Of a stretch of DNA of 64,000 nucleotides, positions 36,137-45,891 are shown piece after piece. The notes under the pieces were generated by a model. That model was not told where the DNA came from, made no database searches, and saw only the letters and a list, made by a program, of their open reading frames with translations. Made by a program: the position numbers and the translations under genes. Source of the DNA: an uncultured Alphaproteobacteria bacterium (GTDB taxonomy: Bacteria > Pseudomonadota > Alphaproteobacteria > CAAHEQ01 > UBA3637). Position 1 is the stretch's first letter. Every line of letters starts with the position of its first letter. Where the stretch lies: assembly GCA_947627155.1 (NCBI GenBank), contig CANQUX010000004.1, positions 22,889 through 86,888 on the forward strand, written 5' to 3'.

Positions 36137-37774
36137 TTACGCAAGTTCTGCGCCGTTTGTGCGATTTAACAGATAATTAGATTCTTCATTGGTTTCAACA
36201 AGTTGAGTACCGGCCAGTTTTAATGTTGTTAACCCGCCGCCGGATTCGTTTGTTTTGCCGGATTCTTCGGCATTTGAATGCGTATCAGCGTGTTGCGAGA
36301 CCGTATTGTCGGAAGCAATTTTGTTTTCGTTCGGCACTTTCGGCGCGGCCGGGTTTGCTGCTTTTTCGGTATTGTCAGTCGCCTTGTCAGTTGCCTTGTC
36401 GGCTTTTTGTTCGGTAGCAGCTTTTTGTTCGGTGGCAGATTGTTCGTTGGAATCTTGTGCTTTTTCCTGATTATCAGGTGTTTGATATTTACTGACATCT
36501 ATGCCGGCCATTTGAACAATCTTTTGATCAACATTTTTATTCTGAACAACTTCTTTTATTTTTGTGTCAATGGATTGAGAAATATTCCTCGCTTTTATTC
36601 TTTCTGGTTCTGATAAACTGGTATTTTCTGACCATTCTTTGAGAATCTTTACAGTTTTTGCTGCATTTTTTAATGCCTCAACTTTTTGCTCTTTTGGGGA
36701 TAATTTAGTTGATTTTTCATTCTTGGAATTCTCTCGGGATATTTTCTCAAGTTTAGCTATATCTTCCGAAGACCAGTTGTTTTCTTTTGCCAATTCTTTC
36801 CATTCTTCAAGCTTTTTTTTGTGCAGCATCTCATCCATTTTAGCAATATTTTCATCAGAAGCTCCCAAAATTTTTGCTGTCTTGACAATGGCTTTCAAAT
36901 CATTTGAATTGATAGTGTCTATGAGGTTGTTTTTGTCCTCTTCTACTCTTTGCTCTATTGATTCACCGTTAGAATTTTTTTCAGTATAGCTTTTTTCTAC
37001 GCTTCCGCCTTGTTTCTCTACTTTATCTCTTGTGGCCGCCATGGCTTTTGTCTGAATATTTGCGTTCCGAGCAGCTACACGATATTTGTCGGCAGCTTCT
37101 GTATCTCCCCGCTCACGCGCCTCTTCTTCTAAACGCTGAAATTTTTCTGCTTCTTGTTTTTTTTGCTCTATTCCTTCTTGCAATGATTGTAATCTGTATG
37201 CCTGTTGTAATTCCGGCGGTAATTTTTCGGCATTTTTATCAATTTGTTGCATCCAGTTAAGCATCATTTGCGGCGTTTCGTTTATATGACGCAAAATTTC
37301 TTCTTTGGAGCTGTGTTCCCAATCAAAATGATCATATTTGCTCCAAAAATCACTGTAATCTTTAGCGGCTTGCAACTTAATTTGTGCAATTTGTTGCGCT
37401 GTTAAAACCTGTTGCTGATCTTGATGAATTTGCGCTTGTATTAACGCTTCTTTTTTATCGTTTCCCGACGTTTTTACGCTTTTAAACGATTCTTGGTAGT
37501 AAGAGTATACCTGGGGGGGGGTATTCTGCATCGCATTTTCCCGGCTTCCTGCCGGCAATTCCGCCAAAGCCGTACGCAGCATTTCATCACAGGCGGTTTT
37601 GGTTGTTTCATTCGGATTTGTGTGATACGAATCGATTAAAGAAGCTAAATCTGCCATTTGCGCTTGAAATTTTGCCATTGATTCGTTTGTTAAAACAACG
37701 GTTGCCTTGGGTTGAGACATTATCGGTGCTTTGGGTAAATTTAAACGTGATAGGACTTGCGTGGTTGATGGCAT
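36137..37774 (-). CDS. Low-complexity coiled-coil protein (Gln/Lys/Glu-rich); secreted effector-like candidate.
   Basis: 545 aa with no TM segment and no enzyme motifs. 'ATEQKAATEQKADKATDKATD' repeats near the C-terminus. Confidence 0.45.
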   Translation of the reverse strand: MPSTTQVLSRLNLPKAPIMSQPKATVVLTNESMAKFQAQMADLASLIDSYHTNPNETTKTACDEMLRTALAELPAGSRENAMQNTPPQVYSYYQESFKSVKTSGNDKKEALIQAQIHQDQQQVLTAQQIAQIKLQAAKDYSDFWSKYDHFDWEHSSKEEILRHINETPQMMLNWMQQIDKNAEKLPPELQQAYRLQSLQEGIEQKKQEAEKFQRLEEEARERGDTEAADKYRVAARNANIQTKAMAATRDKVEKQGGSVEKSYTEKNSNGESIEQRVEEDKNNLIDTINSNDLKAIVKTAKILGASDENIAKMDEMLHKKKLEEWKELAKENNWSSEDIAKLEKISRENSKNEKSTKLSPKEQKVEALKNAAKTVKILKEWSENTSLSEPERIKARNISQSIDTKIKEVVQNKNVDQKIVQMAGIDVSKYQTPDNQEKAQDSNEQSATEQKAATEQKADKATDKATDNTEKAANPAAPKVPNENKIASDNTVSQHADTHSNAEESGKTNESGGGLTTLKLAGTQLVETNEESNYLLNRTNGAELA

Positions 37775-37916
37775 TTACACTCTCCTTAATAAATTCTTAA
37801 TAATTGTATCACAAAAAAGAATCCCTGTCAACGAAAAAAAGATAACTGCTTTTAGTGTTTGTTTTCATTAAAAAAATCCGACAATAATGCCGGATTTTTT
37901 ATCGCTTTTTAAGGCT

Positions 37917-38153
37917 TTATTTTTTAAATAAATTGCAATGGCAATGCCCCATTGTGGCAATTTCCTGCTCATGCTCGCCGCACGGACAAAAACCGCGTGA
38001 AACATCACACGGGCAATGCCCCTGACATGCGTTAATGCACCGATTGATAATTTTATCGGCAAACGGTGTGAGTTGATATCCTTTCGCTTTGGCATAAAGT
38101 TCCAAGGCGTGCTTAAAGTGATTGTTGTTGTTTAAAATTTCATCTTGTTCCAT
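37917..38153 (-). CDS. Small Cys-rich protein resembling the ferredoxin-thioredoxin reductase catalytic chain.
   Basis: 'CQGHCPC ... CPCGEHE ... CHC' matches the CPC/CHC spacing of FtrC-like proteins. 78 aa. Confidence 0.4.
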   Translation of the reverse strand: MEQDEILNNNNHFKHALELYAKAKGYQLTPFADKIINRCINACQGHCPCDVSRGFCPCGEHEQEIATMGHCHCNLFKK

Positions 38154-38168
38154 TTTTTTTCTCCTTGA

Positions 38169-38675
38169 TTATAATATAAAATGAATGCCGTATAAAACAA
38201 ATGAAGCATATAGACCGGCAATAACATCATCTGCCATCACACCGAATGCATTATGTGTTTTTCTGTCAATAATGGAGGCCGGCCACACTTTCACAATGTC
38301 AAAAAAACGAAATAACGCGAATCCGATAAAATAATCATACCATATTAAACCGCTTTGTGCAACCCATAAAAAGGTGAGCAGTTGCCCCACTGTTTCATCA
38401 ATGACCACATAGCCCGGATCGGTTGCTTTTTGCGCTTTTAAAACAACGCTTGTTGCTTGCTGCCCGATGAAAAACAAAAGAATACCGGAAATGAGAATGC
38501 CCCAAAAACCGAGCGGTGCCAGCACAAAAACAAGCGGTAACGTGAAAAACGAACCGGCCGTGCCGGGCGCTTTGGGAGATAACCCCGAAAAGAACCATGT
38601 TGCCACGGCAAAAGCCGCTTTTATTTTCATCGGCTGATTTTTAATGTCGGCAAAATGAACGCGTTGCTTTGTCAT
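38169..38675 (-). CDS. pgpA: Phosphatidylglycerophosphatase A.
   Basis: 'LSPKAPGTAGSFFTLPL' is the PgpA signature. 168 aa membrane protein. Confidence 0.8.
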   Translation of the reverse strand: MTKQRVHFADIKNQPMKIKAAFAVATWFFSGLSPKAPGTAGSFFTLPLVFVLAPLGFWGILISGILLFFIGQQATSVVLKAQKATDPGYVVIDETVGQLLTFLWVAQSGLIWYDYFIGFALFRFFDIVKVWPASIIDRKTHNAFGVMADDVIAGLYASFVLYGIHFIL

Positions 38676-38681
38676 AACCGA

Positions 38682-40028
38682 TTATGCCTTCGGTGCGGGG
38701 TTTGCGGGCATTGCCGGGGCACGCAATCCGGTAACAACTTGCTGTTTACTTTCTTGCTGTTCTTCTGGCGCCGGTTGTTGTTCCGTTTGTTGCGTCGCTT
38801 GTGATGTCGCTGGCTCTGATGTTGTTGCAGCTGCGGCTTTTTCCGTTGACTCGGCTTGTGTTTCATCAGTTGTTGCAATTTCTTCCGTGTCTTCGGATGA
38901 ATTTGTAATTTCACTTAAACTGGCGCGAATTCTTTCAAGCTCCTCATCAAAATCGGAAGTTTCTTCCTGAGCGGCTTCTTCCGTTGCGGCTGAATTTTCT
39001 TGTGTTTTTGCCTCTTCGGGTTGCGTTTTGGTCGATTCGCTCGGTGTTGCCTCAACGGCAGGCGCTTGTTTTGATTTTAACGGCACTTTTTCAACCGGAT
39101 GCGGTGCCGGATCGGTTTCGCCGTCTTTTAAATCAAAATACGCACTTAAAAACGAAGCCAAATCAGGCAATTCATCTTTGGGTTCGGCATTATTAAAGCC
39201 TAAAAGAAAAATGCCTTTGGAGCGAAAATATTCAACGGCTTGCTTGGTATTTAAAACGCGTCCGTCCGTAACCAATATGGCCGATAACACTTCGGAATTC
39301 GGTTCGGATTTGGCCAATGATTTTGAAGCGCCGATTAAATCTTGCGCCAAACGTTCCATAACGCCGCCCTCCGAATACCATCCGCCGGCCGTGACATCGT
39401 CGGTAAATTCAACCGACCAATTCACTTTCTTTTTGTTGACAATTTCAATTAAAACGGCGCGCGCATCGGTTGAAATGGCCATCGGTACCCGAAAGCCTTC
39501 CAGAAGAATGTGTTGAAAAATTTCCACCTTATATTTTCGCGCCAACGCCGCCGCTTGTTTAATCATTTGCGCTAAATTGGCATGACTCTTTTCACCGGAA
39601 ACCACTTCATCTTTTTGGTTGGGCAACCGCGGCGCCACATAACGATTGATTTGCATGGTGGAAGGCATTTTGCGCGGCATATGATAAATCGGCTTCGATT
39701 CTTTTAACTCGAATTTTGACTGAACTGCTTTTTTCATTTTTATTTTCGGCTTTAATTTTTTCCAATTCAAATGATAGAAAAAATGCCAGCCCCAAAGCCA
39801 AAGCGGAATCCAAGCAATCATCATGAAAAGTAATAATGTATCGGGCAGGGTGTTAATGCGCCATTTGTAATTGAAAAAATCGGTATATCGTTTTTCCCAA
39901 TCTTGCGCCGACAGGAAATTGAAATCTAAAAAATAGCCGATCAGCGGTAGAATAATGTAACCGTATATAATGGCCCACAAGAAGAATGTTAATATCAGTT
40001 TTATCGGTTGTGTTTTTGCTTTTGCCAT
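38682..40028 (-). CDS. Membrane-anchored hypothetical protein with an acidic Gln/Glu/Thr-rich C-terminal tail.
   Basis: Two N-terminal TM segments, a ~200 aa globular region, then 'EEAAQEETSDFDEELERIRASLSEITNSSEDTEE...'. No motif was identified. Confidence 0.45.
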   Translation of the reverse strand: MAKAKTQPIKLILTFFLWAIIYGYIILPLIGYFLDFNFLSAQDWEKRYTDFFNYKWRINTLPDTLLLFMMIAWIPLWLWGWHFFYHLNWKKLKPKIKMKKAVQSKFELKESKPIYHMPRKMPSTMQINRYVAPRLPNQKDEVVSGEKSHANLAQMIKQAAALARKYKVEIFQHILLEGFRVPMAISTDARAVLIEIVNKKKVNWSVEFTDDVTAGGWYSEGGVMERLAQDLIGASKSLAKSEPNSEVLSAILVTDGRVLNTKQAVEYFRSKGIFLLGFNNAEPKDELPDLASFLSAYFDLKDGETDPAPHPVEKVPLKSKQAPAVEATPSESTKTQPEEAKTQENSAATEEAAQEETSDFDEELERIRASLSEITNSSEDTEEIATTDETQAESTEKAAAATTSEPATSQATQQTEQQPAPEEQQESKQQVVTGLRAPAMPANPAPKA

Positions 40029-40040
40029 GGCTTTTCCCGT

Positions 40041-42128
40041 TTAGTTTCCTCTTGAATTGTTGTTGCGTATGTTCATTTGCGTGTTTACATTCTTTTCAAC
40101 ACCGTTTCGAGCATTGCTTAACTGTCGTTGTTGTTGTAAGACTTGTTGTTTTTTCTCATCATTGTCACGCTTTTTGGTTTCTAATTGTTGAGCTTTTGCC
40201 GTTAATTTGTCTTTATTCTCATTGTTAACGGGAACTTTGGTACCGTTTGGTAATTCCACAACGGGATTTTTTAAATTGCCTTTGACGGTTACTTTATCTA
40301 ACGGATCTAATTGGTTAGCTGCTTGTAAAGCTTCGTCGCGCAATTTGGCTTGCTCCGATGTTTGCACTGTTTTGGGCGCTGCCGCTTTCGGTACGGGTGC
40401 CTGTTGTTGCGGCTGCGGCGCTTGTTGTTGCTGCGGTGCCTGTTGTTGCGGCTGCGGTGCTTGCTGTTGATGTTGCGGCGCCTGTTGTTGCGGCTGTGGT
40501 GCCTGTTGTTGCGGCTGCGGCGCTTGCTGTTGCGGTTGCGGCGCCTGTTGTTGCGGCTGCGGTGCCTGTTGTTGCGGTTGCGGCGCTTGTTGTTGCTGCG
40601 GTGCTTGTTGTTGCGGCTGCGGCGCTTGTTGTTGATGTTGCGCCACCTGAATCGTTTGCATTTTCGCCGCTTGCGATGCTATTTCTTTTAATTCTTTTCC
40701 CATCAAAGCCAGGCCGGTTGCTTCATAAGCAACGTTTTTAAAGGGAGGCACTTGGGCATAATGAGTCATATAGGTGGTATAGCGTTTTTTTTGCGCTCGT
40801 GTCATTTTATTAAAATCAATCGTGCCGTTTTCATTTTTCGGTAAACCGGCCGCAAAATCGCGTTTTTCCTTTAATGCCTCTTCATATTTTGAATAAGGCC
40901 CCTTGGAGGGGATTTTTTTATAAGCAGGATCGTTTAATAACCATTCTTGCGTGTCATGCGCTAAAACGGCTGCCAGTTTCGGCATGCTTAACCCGTTGTT
41001 TCTTAAATTCGTATCAATAAATTCATTTCGCTTTGATTGCCGAATTTTATCGTTTTCTTTCATGTTGGCGTGAATTTGATTAAGCCATTCGGTTGCCATG
41101 TCAATGGGCGCCAAAAGAGCCAATTCCATTACTTGAAACATTAAATCTTCGGGATTTTTGCCGGAACCGACTTTTTCAAGACGGCTTAACCCTTTTTCAA
41201 AAATTTTTGAGCTGTCAATGGTTTTTAAATCATCTTTATTAACAGGCGCTTTGTCAAAATAACCGCTGCTGCCGTCACTTGTTTTGACATTAAAAGCTTC
41301 TTGCATTTCGGCTAAATCGGCTTGCTGTTTATCCGGTTCGGTAATGCCTTCTTTCAAGGCAGAATGAATCTCGTTGCCTTTTTGCACTTCTTCTTTTATT
41401 TCTTCCGGAGAGAGCGGCATCGGTTGTTGTGTCGCTTGCGCCGGTTGTTGCGGCTGCGCATGTTGCTCTTGCGGCTGTGATACCTTTTGTTGCGGCTGCG
41501 GCATTTGCACCTGCGCCGCTTGTTTTATCGGTTGTTGTACCGTTTGCATCGGTTGTTGCGGCTGCACTTGTTGCTCTTGCACCTGCGCCGCTGGCTTCGT
41601 CGGTTGTTGTGCCGCTTGCGTCGGTTGTTGCGGCTGCGCTTGTTGCTCCTGCGGCTGCGATACCTTCTGTTGCGGTACTTTTTCCGTCGGCGTTATGTTT
41701 TGTTGCAACTTGTCGGCTTGTAAATTGTTCGTGCTTGTTTTTTCAGAATTGAAAGCTTGCGGATATCTGCTTTTTGCCCAATCCACCCACGCCGATTTTT
41801 GAGCGAGAATGTTGGTTTCATGAAACGATAATGCATTCCCTTTTTCCTTTTTGTCATCAATTTGTTTAATAAGGGGAATTACCTGTGCCAACCGTTGCAC
41901 GCTTTGCTGATTTTGAATGGCCGATACCAGATTTCCCATTTCGGGTGATTGTAGTGCCAATTCTTTGAGTTTGCCTTTATCGCCCGATTTGACGGCTTCG
42001 GTCACATTTTTAATCTGTATTTTGCGTGCCGCCTCCGGAAAGTATTTCATTGCTTCCGTTAAATCGACCGTACTTTGTTGAATCAGTTGTTCCAATTGTT
42101 GATCACTTATAAACGCTTTTGCCATCAC
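40041..42128 (-). CDS. Gln/Pro-repeat protein carrying a conserved ~130 aa domain shared with the protein at 50607.
   Basis: There are 12 or more tandem 'QQQAPQP' units and 'QQPxxAAQVQ' repeats. The central 'DLMFQVMELALLAPIDMATEWLNQIHANMKEN ... WLLNDPAYKKIPSKGPYSKYEEALKEKRDFAAGLPKNENGTIDFNKMTRAQKKRYTTYMTHYA' aligns with the 50607 product. Confidence 0.6.
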   Translation of the reverse strand: MMAKAFISDQQLEQLIQQSTVDLTEAMKYFPEAARKIQIKNVTEAVKSGDKGKLKELALQSPEMGNLVSAIQNQQSVQRLAQVIPLIKQIDDKKEKGNALSFHETNILAQKSAWVDWAKSRYPQAFNSEKTSTNNLQADKLQQNITPTEKVPQQKVSQPQEQQAQPQQPTQAAQQPTKPAAQVQEQQVQPQQPMQTVQQPIKQAAQVQMPQPQQKVSQPQEQHAQPQQPAQATQQPMPLSPEEIKEEVQKGNEIHSALKEGITEPDKQQADLAEMQEAFNVKTSDGSSGYFDKAPVNKDDLKTIDSSKIFEKGLSRLEKVGSGKNPEDLMFQVMELALLAPIDMATEWLNQIHANMKENDKIRQSKRNEFIDTNLRNNGLSMPKLAAVLAHDTQEWLLNDPAYKKIPSKGPYSKYEEALKEKRDFAAGLPKNENGTIDFNKMTRAQKKRYTTYMTHYAQVPPFKNVAYEATGLALMGKELKEIASQAAKMQTIQVAQHQQQAPQPQQQAPQQQQAPQPQQQAPQPQQQAPQPQQQAPQPQQQAPQPQQQAPQHQQQAPQPQQQAPQQQQAPQPQQQAPVPKAAAPKTVQTSEQAKLRDEALQAANQLDPLDKVTVKGNLKNPVVELPNGTKVPVNNENKDKLTAKAQQLETKKRDNDEKKQQVLQQQRQLSNARNGVEKNVNTQMNIRNNNSRGN

Positions 42129-42187
42129 TTATTCTCCTTGACATAAATATGGTTCTATTATAGCACATTTTTACGGCTTGTCAAACG

Positions 42188-42823
42188 CTATATTTTTAAT
42201 CCTTTTAAAAATTTGGCAATTTTGGCGTTTTCCTCTTTGGCGGCCTCCGGCGTTAAAATGGAATTACCCGATGAATCAATTGTAATAATGGGTGAAAAAT
42301 AGGCCGGGTTGGAAATGAGTGTATCATAAGCTTTTTTGGCATCTTTTCGATACATAATAAAATAGCAGGACATGAGTTTATAGGCATCAATGTGGAAATG
42401 TTGCGCATTGATTTGATCACCGAACGTGCGCACCAGTTCTTTCCGCCGGTTTTCTTCCTGCCGGATTTCATTTAAAACCCGAGTTGTTTCCTTCAATAAT
42501 TCAACGTTACGTTTGTAAATGGTTTCTTCCTGTTGTTTGAGCTTATATTCCATATAATCCAAAATAATATCTTTCCAAAACGGTTGATCATTGTAGTTTT
42601 GCTGCACAATTCGCAAAATATCTTTGACCTCACAGGTATTAATATCTTTCACACTGCATAAATATGAAACAATGGCAGCAGATTCTTTTTCAGCCAACGC
42701 AACGGGAAAATTTTGAACGTTGTATTGCGTTATGTCAATGGTGAGCTGCGGCGCCGCCGATAAAACGCTGCGCTGTGCATAGAGCCGGGAATATAAGCCG
42801 TAAAGAATGTCATTTGCCGCCAT
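42188..42823 (-). CDS. Hypothetical protein.
   Basis: 211 aa, soluble, no motifs. It is co-oriented with the Gln-rich gene. Confidence 0.45.
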   Translation of the reverse strand: MAANDILYGLYSRLYAQRSVLSAAPQLTIDITQYNVQNFPVALAEKESAAIVSYLCSVKDINTCEVKDILRIVQQNYNDQPFWKDIILDYMEYKLKQQEETIYKRNVELLKETTRVLNEIRQEENRRKELVRTFGDQINAQHFHIDAYKLMSCYFIMYRKDAKKAYDTLISNPAYFSPIITIDSSGNSILTPEAAKEENAKIAKFLKGLKI

Positions 42824-42991
42824 GTTGTTTTTTCCTCCCTCGGATATTTTTTAAAAATTTTTTGACCGTTTCAACGGTTGTTTCTTTCAGTATAAGCATA
42901 AATTTTAAAAAATCTACTAAAAAGTGTTGTCTTTTTTAAAAATATGGTGTATTATGGTAGTATAAGGTTAATTATTTAAGGGGAAAAATCA

Positions 42992-44515
42992 ATGAAAAAA
43001 CGCCTTTTTCTTATCTTAACTGCTTGTGTAACAACACTTTTCTGCTTTATTCCTTTTTCGGTACAAGCAGCGGGTTGGCTAACTAAAATTGCCGGTTCTA
43101 TTTTCCAAGGAGTCATGAGTATATTGGGTTTTGGTGACTCATTGAACGGGTGGTGTTGGTTTTGTCCCATTATTGAGACTTTGTTGAAAGGGGCTAACAC
43201 AATTTCGTGCAACATCTATCTTAGAACCAAAGATGAACTTTTAATCTTGTTGGGTGTGGGTACGTTGTTTTTCATTGCCTTTAAAGTGGGCGCCATGGTT
43301 GTTAAATTGCAGGAAGTTGACTTAATGCAATTTATGGGCGAAATGTTTAAAGTTTTGGGTCGCGTTATTATCGCGGCAGCTATTTTATCTTCTGCGCCGT
43401 TTGTTGTTGACAATATTATTACGCCGTTTGTGGCTTATTCAACCGATTTTGCTTTAAAAGCGTTGGATGATAAAAATATTGATGTGAGCAATAAAATTTA
43501 TAAAAAAGTTAAAGGTATGCTCGATTATGACGATCAGGCACGCGAGCAAGTAGAGGCTGCCGCAACCGCTGTTGTTACCTGGGCCGGACAAGATAATTCC
43601 GATTCGTGTGTCTTTATTAACAGTGCGTTGATTCAAAGTATGAAAGCCATCGTTGCCAAAATCACCGCAAATTTGGTTATCGGCTTGGCTGTCGGGTTGG
43701 TGTTGATTGTGTTCAGCGGACTTTCTTCTTTGGTCTTCCCTGATTTGCAAAGCGTGTTATCCGGCGGTGTTATCTTTATGTCCTTCGCGGTCTTAATTGT
43801 GACGGTACCGTTTCAAATGATCAATTTGGCAATTCAATTGGTGTTCGTGCTGGCTTTGCTACCGTTCTGGGTGGTGTTGTGGGTTTTCCCCGTTACGGCG
43901 CAATATACCAAGAAAGCGTGGGATATGTTTGTTACAACCTGCTTGTCAATTATGATTTTCGGTATTTTGGCGGCTTTGGTGTTAAATCTGCTGAATTATA
44001 TGTTGCCGAACGGCAGTGATATTTTGGGCGATATGATTCCGGGCTATGATTTGCTTGCCGGCAAAAAAGCCAGTGCTTTCTCTTCAAGCACTTTGTTAAC
44101 GCTTGCTTTGGGCTTCTTGTGCAAAGAGCTTTTAAAATCGGCACCCGAATTGGCTTCCCGTATTACCAGTGTTTACGGTATTCAGGTTGGTGAGTCAATG
44201 GCTTCGTCCATTTCTGCCGCCATTGCGGGCGGTGCGGCAGCCGGCGGTACCATGTTCGGTTTGGCAAAAGCCTTTGGCGGCACGAGTCTTGAAACGGCTC
44301 AATCAGTCGGCAAGAAAGGCAGTGAATTGTTCAGGGGTACGTTTGGTCTGGAAGAGGGTAAGAGCTTGCAAGATAAATATTTGTTCGGTAGTTCAAGCAG
44401 CAGCTCCGATTCCGGATCCAAAGCCGCAAACAGAAACACTTATCAACAACCGCAGGCGGGTAGCTCAAATTCAACGGCGCAAGCATCGCAACAACAAACA
44501 ACATCGAAAAAGTGA
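42992..44515 (+). CDS. Polytopic membrane protein, paralog 1 of a tandem trio, with a CWFCP motif.
   Basis: Signal peptide. 'NGWCWFCPIIETL' before TM1. About 6 TM segments. The conserved 'LLPFWVVLWVFPVTAQYTKKAW' segment is also seen in paralog 3. The tail is Gly/Ser/Gln-rich. Confidence 0.6.
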   Translation: MKKRLFLILTACVTTLFCFIPFSVQAAGWLTKIAGSIFQGVMSILGFGDSLNGWCWFCPIIETLLKGANTISCNIYLRTKDELLILLGVGTLFFIAFKVGAMVVKLQEVDLMQFMGEMFKVLGRVIIAAAILSSAPFVVDNIITPFVAYSTDFALKALDDKNIDVSNKIYKKVKGMLDYDDQAREQVEAAATAVVTWAGQDNSDSCVFINSALIQSMKAIVAKITANLVIGLAVGLVLIVFSGLSSLVFPDLQSVLSGGVIFMSFAVLIVTVPFQMINLAIQLVFVLALLPFWVVLWVFPVTAQYTKKAWDMFVTTCLSIMIFGILAALVLNLLNYMLPNGSDILGDMIPGYDLLAGKKASAFSSSTLLTLALGFLCKELLKSAPELASRITSVYGIQVGESMASSISAAIAGGAAAGGTMFGLAKAFGGTSLETAQSVGKKGSELFRGTFGLEEGKSLQDKYLFGSSSSSSDSGSKAANRNTYQQPQAGSSNSTAQASQQQTTSKK

Positions 44516-44541
44516 TAACGCGATAAAAAAGAGGGCAGACG

Positions 44542-45876
44542 ATGATTTATTTGAACAAAATCCGTTGTTCTATCGAAAAACTTTCAAAAGGAATGTTTTT
44601 ATTGTCCCTTCTGTTTTTAGGTGGCTGTTCCACGAATATTGATTCGATGATGATTACCCAGCTGTTGCTGGCAAAGGAAGAAAATTGTTGGCCGTGTACC
44701 ATGTATAAAGTAATATGGGAGGGTATCGGAACGCTGGTTTCGAATATTTATCCCGAGTTGTGCGGTGACGCCCTGGTATTTTTGGGTATCGGTCTGTTAT
44801 TTTGGATTTGCTTTACGGTCGGGAAATTGGTTGTTTCAATAAAAGAGCCGAATTTAAAAGATTTTATCAGCAATATGGCAACGGTTCTTTTTAAAGCCAT
44901 GGTGATTGCCGTTATTTTATCGGCTCATACTTATACGATTTATTTCTTGGATTTGATTGTCAGGAATGTATTGGAAGCATTTATGGATTTAACCTTGAAT
45001 ATTATGTTTTCAAGTCAGACCATTGCCAAAAGTTTGGCAACGGGGCATGTGTATGAGGGTGATATTGTTTCTACCGCTTCCGGTGCGGGGAATATTCTTT
45101 TTACAAGCGAAATCGGTCATCAAATACAAGACTTGATTTATCGTATTTATGTCGGCTTTCACGGCGGTTTGAGTTTGGGTGTTAATTTAATTTTTCAAAC
45201 GGATCCGTCTTTGGTTGTAACGGGTTTGTTTGTAACAGCCATATTCTTTTATTTAATGCTGATTATTCCGTTGTTGTTTATTGAGGCTTTTGCTTTGTTG
45301 GGTGCGGTTATTGTGTTTTTCCCGCTGGCGTTGGTGCTGTATGTTTTCCCGTCAACAAAGGCTTATGTGGTTCCCATGTGGAAGGTGTTGTTTGTTTCAA
45401 TGGCACAAATTTTGGTGACCGGTGTTTATATGGCGGTGATGATTCATGTGGTGCAGGTGTTTTCGGATAATATTCTGTCGCCGAGTCGCATTTTGTCCGA
45501 TCCGCTTTTGATGATGAATTTGAAAAATATGAAAGATCAGTTTTTGGCATTTTGTGCGTTGGCATATATTATGTATCGTATGTCCAAAGATATTCCGAAC
45601 ATTTCTTCCAAACTGCTGGGTGACTTTAACCGATCCATGATGTTAGCCGGTGTTTCAAAAGCCATTAATTTAGGTAAAAATATCGGTATGGCGCTGGGTG
45701 GTGCCGCTTTGGCGGGAACCGGTGTTGCCGGAGGTGTGGGTCTTTCCATGATGATGAGTGCCGGCAAAGGTATGATGGAAAATACGCGAAATCCTGACGG
45801 ACAAGGCGGTTCTTCCGGATTAAGTACGGCGGAACAGGCGCAACAGGCACAACAGGCTGCTGCCAAACCGAAATAG
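44542..45876 (+). CDS. Polytopic membrane protein, paralog 2, with a CWPC motif.
   Basis: Lipobox-like 'LFLGGCS'. 'ENCWPCTMYKVIWEG' before TM1. 'FFPLALVLYVFPSTKAYVVPMWKV' segment. Gly/Ala/Gln-rich tail. Confidence 0.6.
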   Translation: MIYLNKIRCSIEKLSKGMFLLSLLFLGGCSTNIDSMMITQLLLAKEENCWPCTMYKVIWEGIGTLVSNIYPELCGDALVFLGIGLLFWICFTVGKLVVSIKEPNLKDFISNMATVLFKAMVIAVILSAHTYTIYFLDLIVRNVLEAFMDLTLNIMFSSQTIAKSLATGHVYEGDIVSTASGAGNILFTSEIGHQIQDLIYRIYVGFHGGLSLGVNLIFQTDPSLVVTGLFVTAIFFYLMLIIPLLFIEAFALLGAVIVFFPLALVLYVFPSTKAYVVPMWKVLFVSMAQILVTGVYMAVMIHVVQVFSDNILSPSRILSDPLLMMNLKNMKDQFLAFCALAYIMYRMSKDIPNISSKLLGDFNRSMMLAGVSKAINLGKNIGMALGGAALAGTGVAGGVGLSMMMSAGKGMMENTRNPDGQGGSSGLSTAEQAQQAQQAAAKPK

Positions 45877-45891
45877 GGAGAAGGAGAAAAT

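Noticed and set aside
40350-40700. A regularly spaced ~21 bp direct-repeat array (GCGGCTGCGGCGCTTGTTGTTG...) that could be mistaken for a CRISPR array.
   Set aside because: It lies inside a long minus-strand ORF and encodes tandem QQQAPQP peptide repeats. The so-called spacers are themselves repeat-derived and of uniform sequence. There is no leader and no cas genes.
40358-41802. Plus-strand ORFs (127, 142, 113 and 107 aa) rich in Ala/Val/Cys/Leu/Arg.
   Set aside because: They are antisense translations of the GC-rich QQQAPQP repeat region of the 40041-42128 gene. They have no RBS and their composition is an artefact of the repeat.
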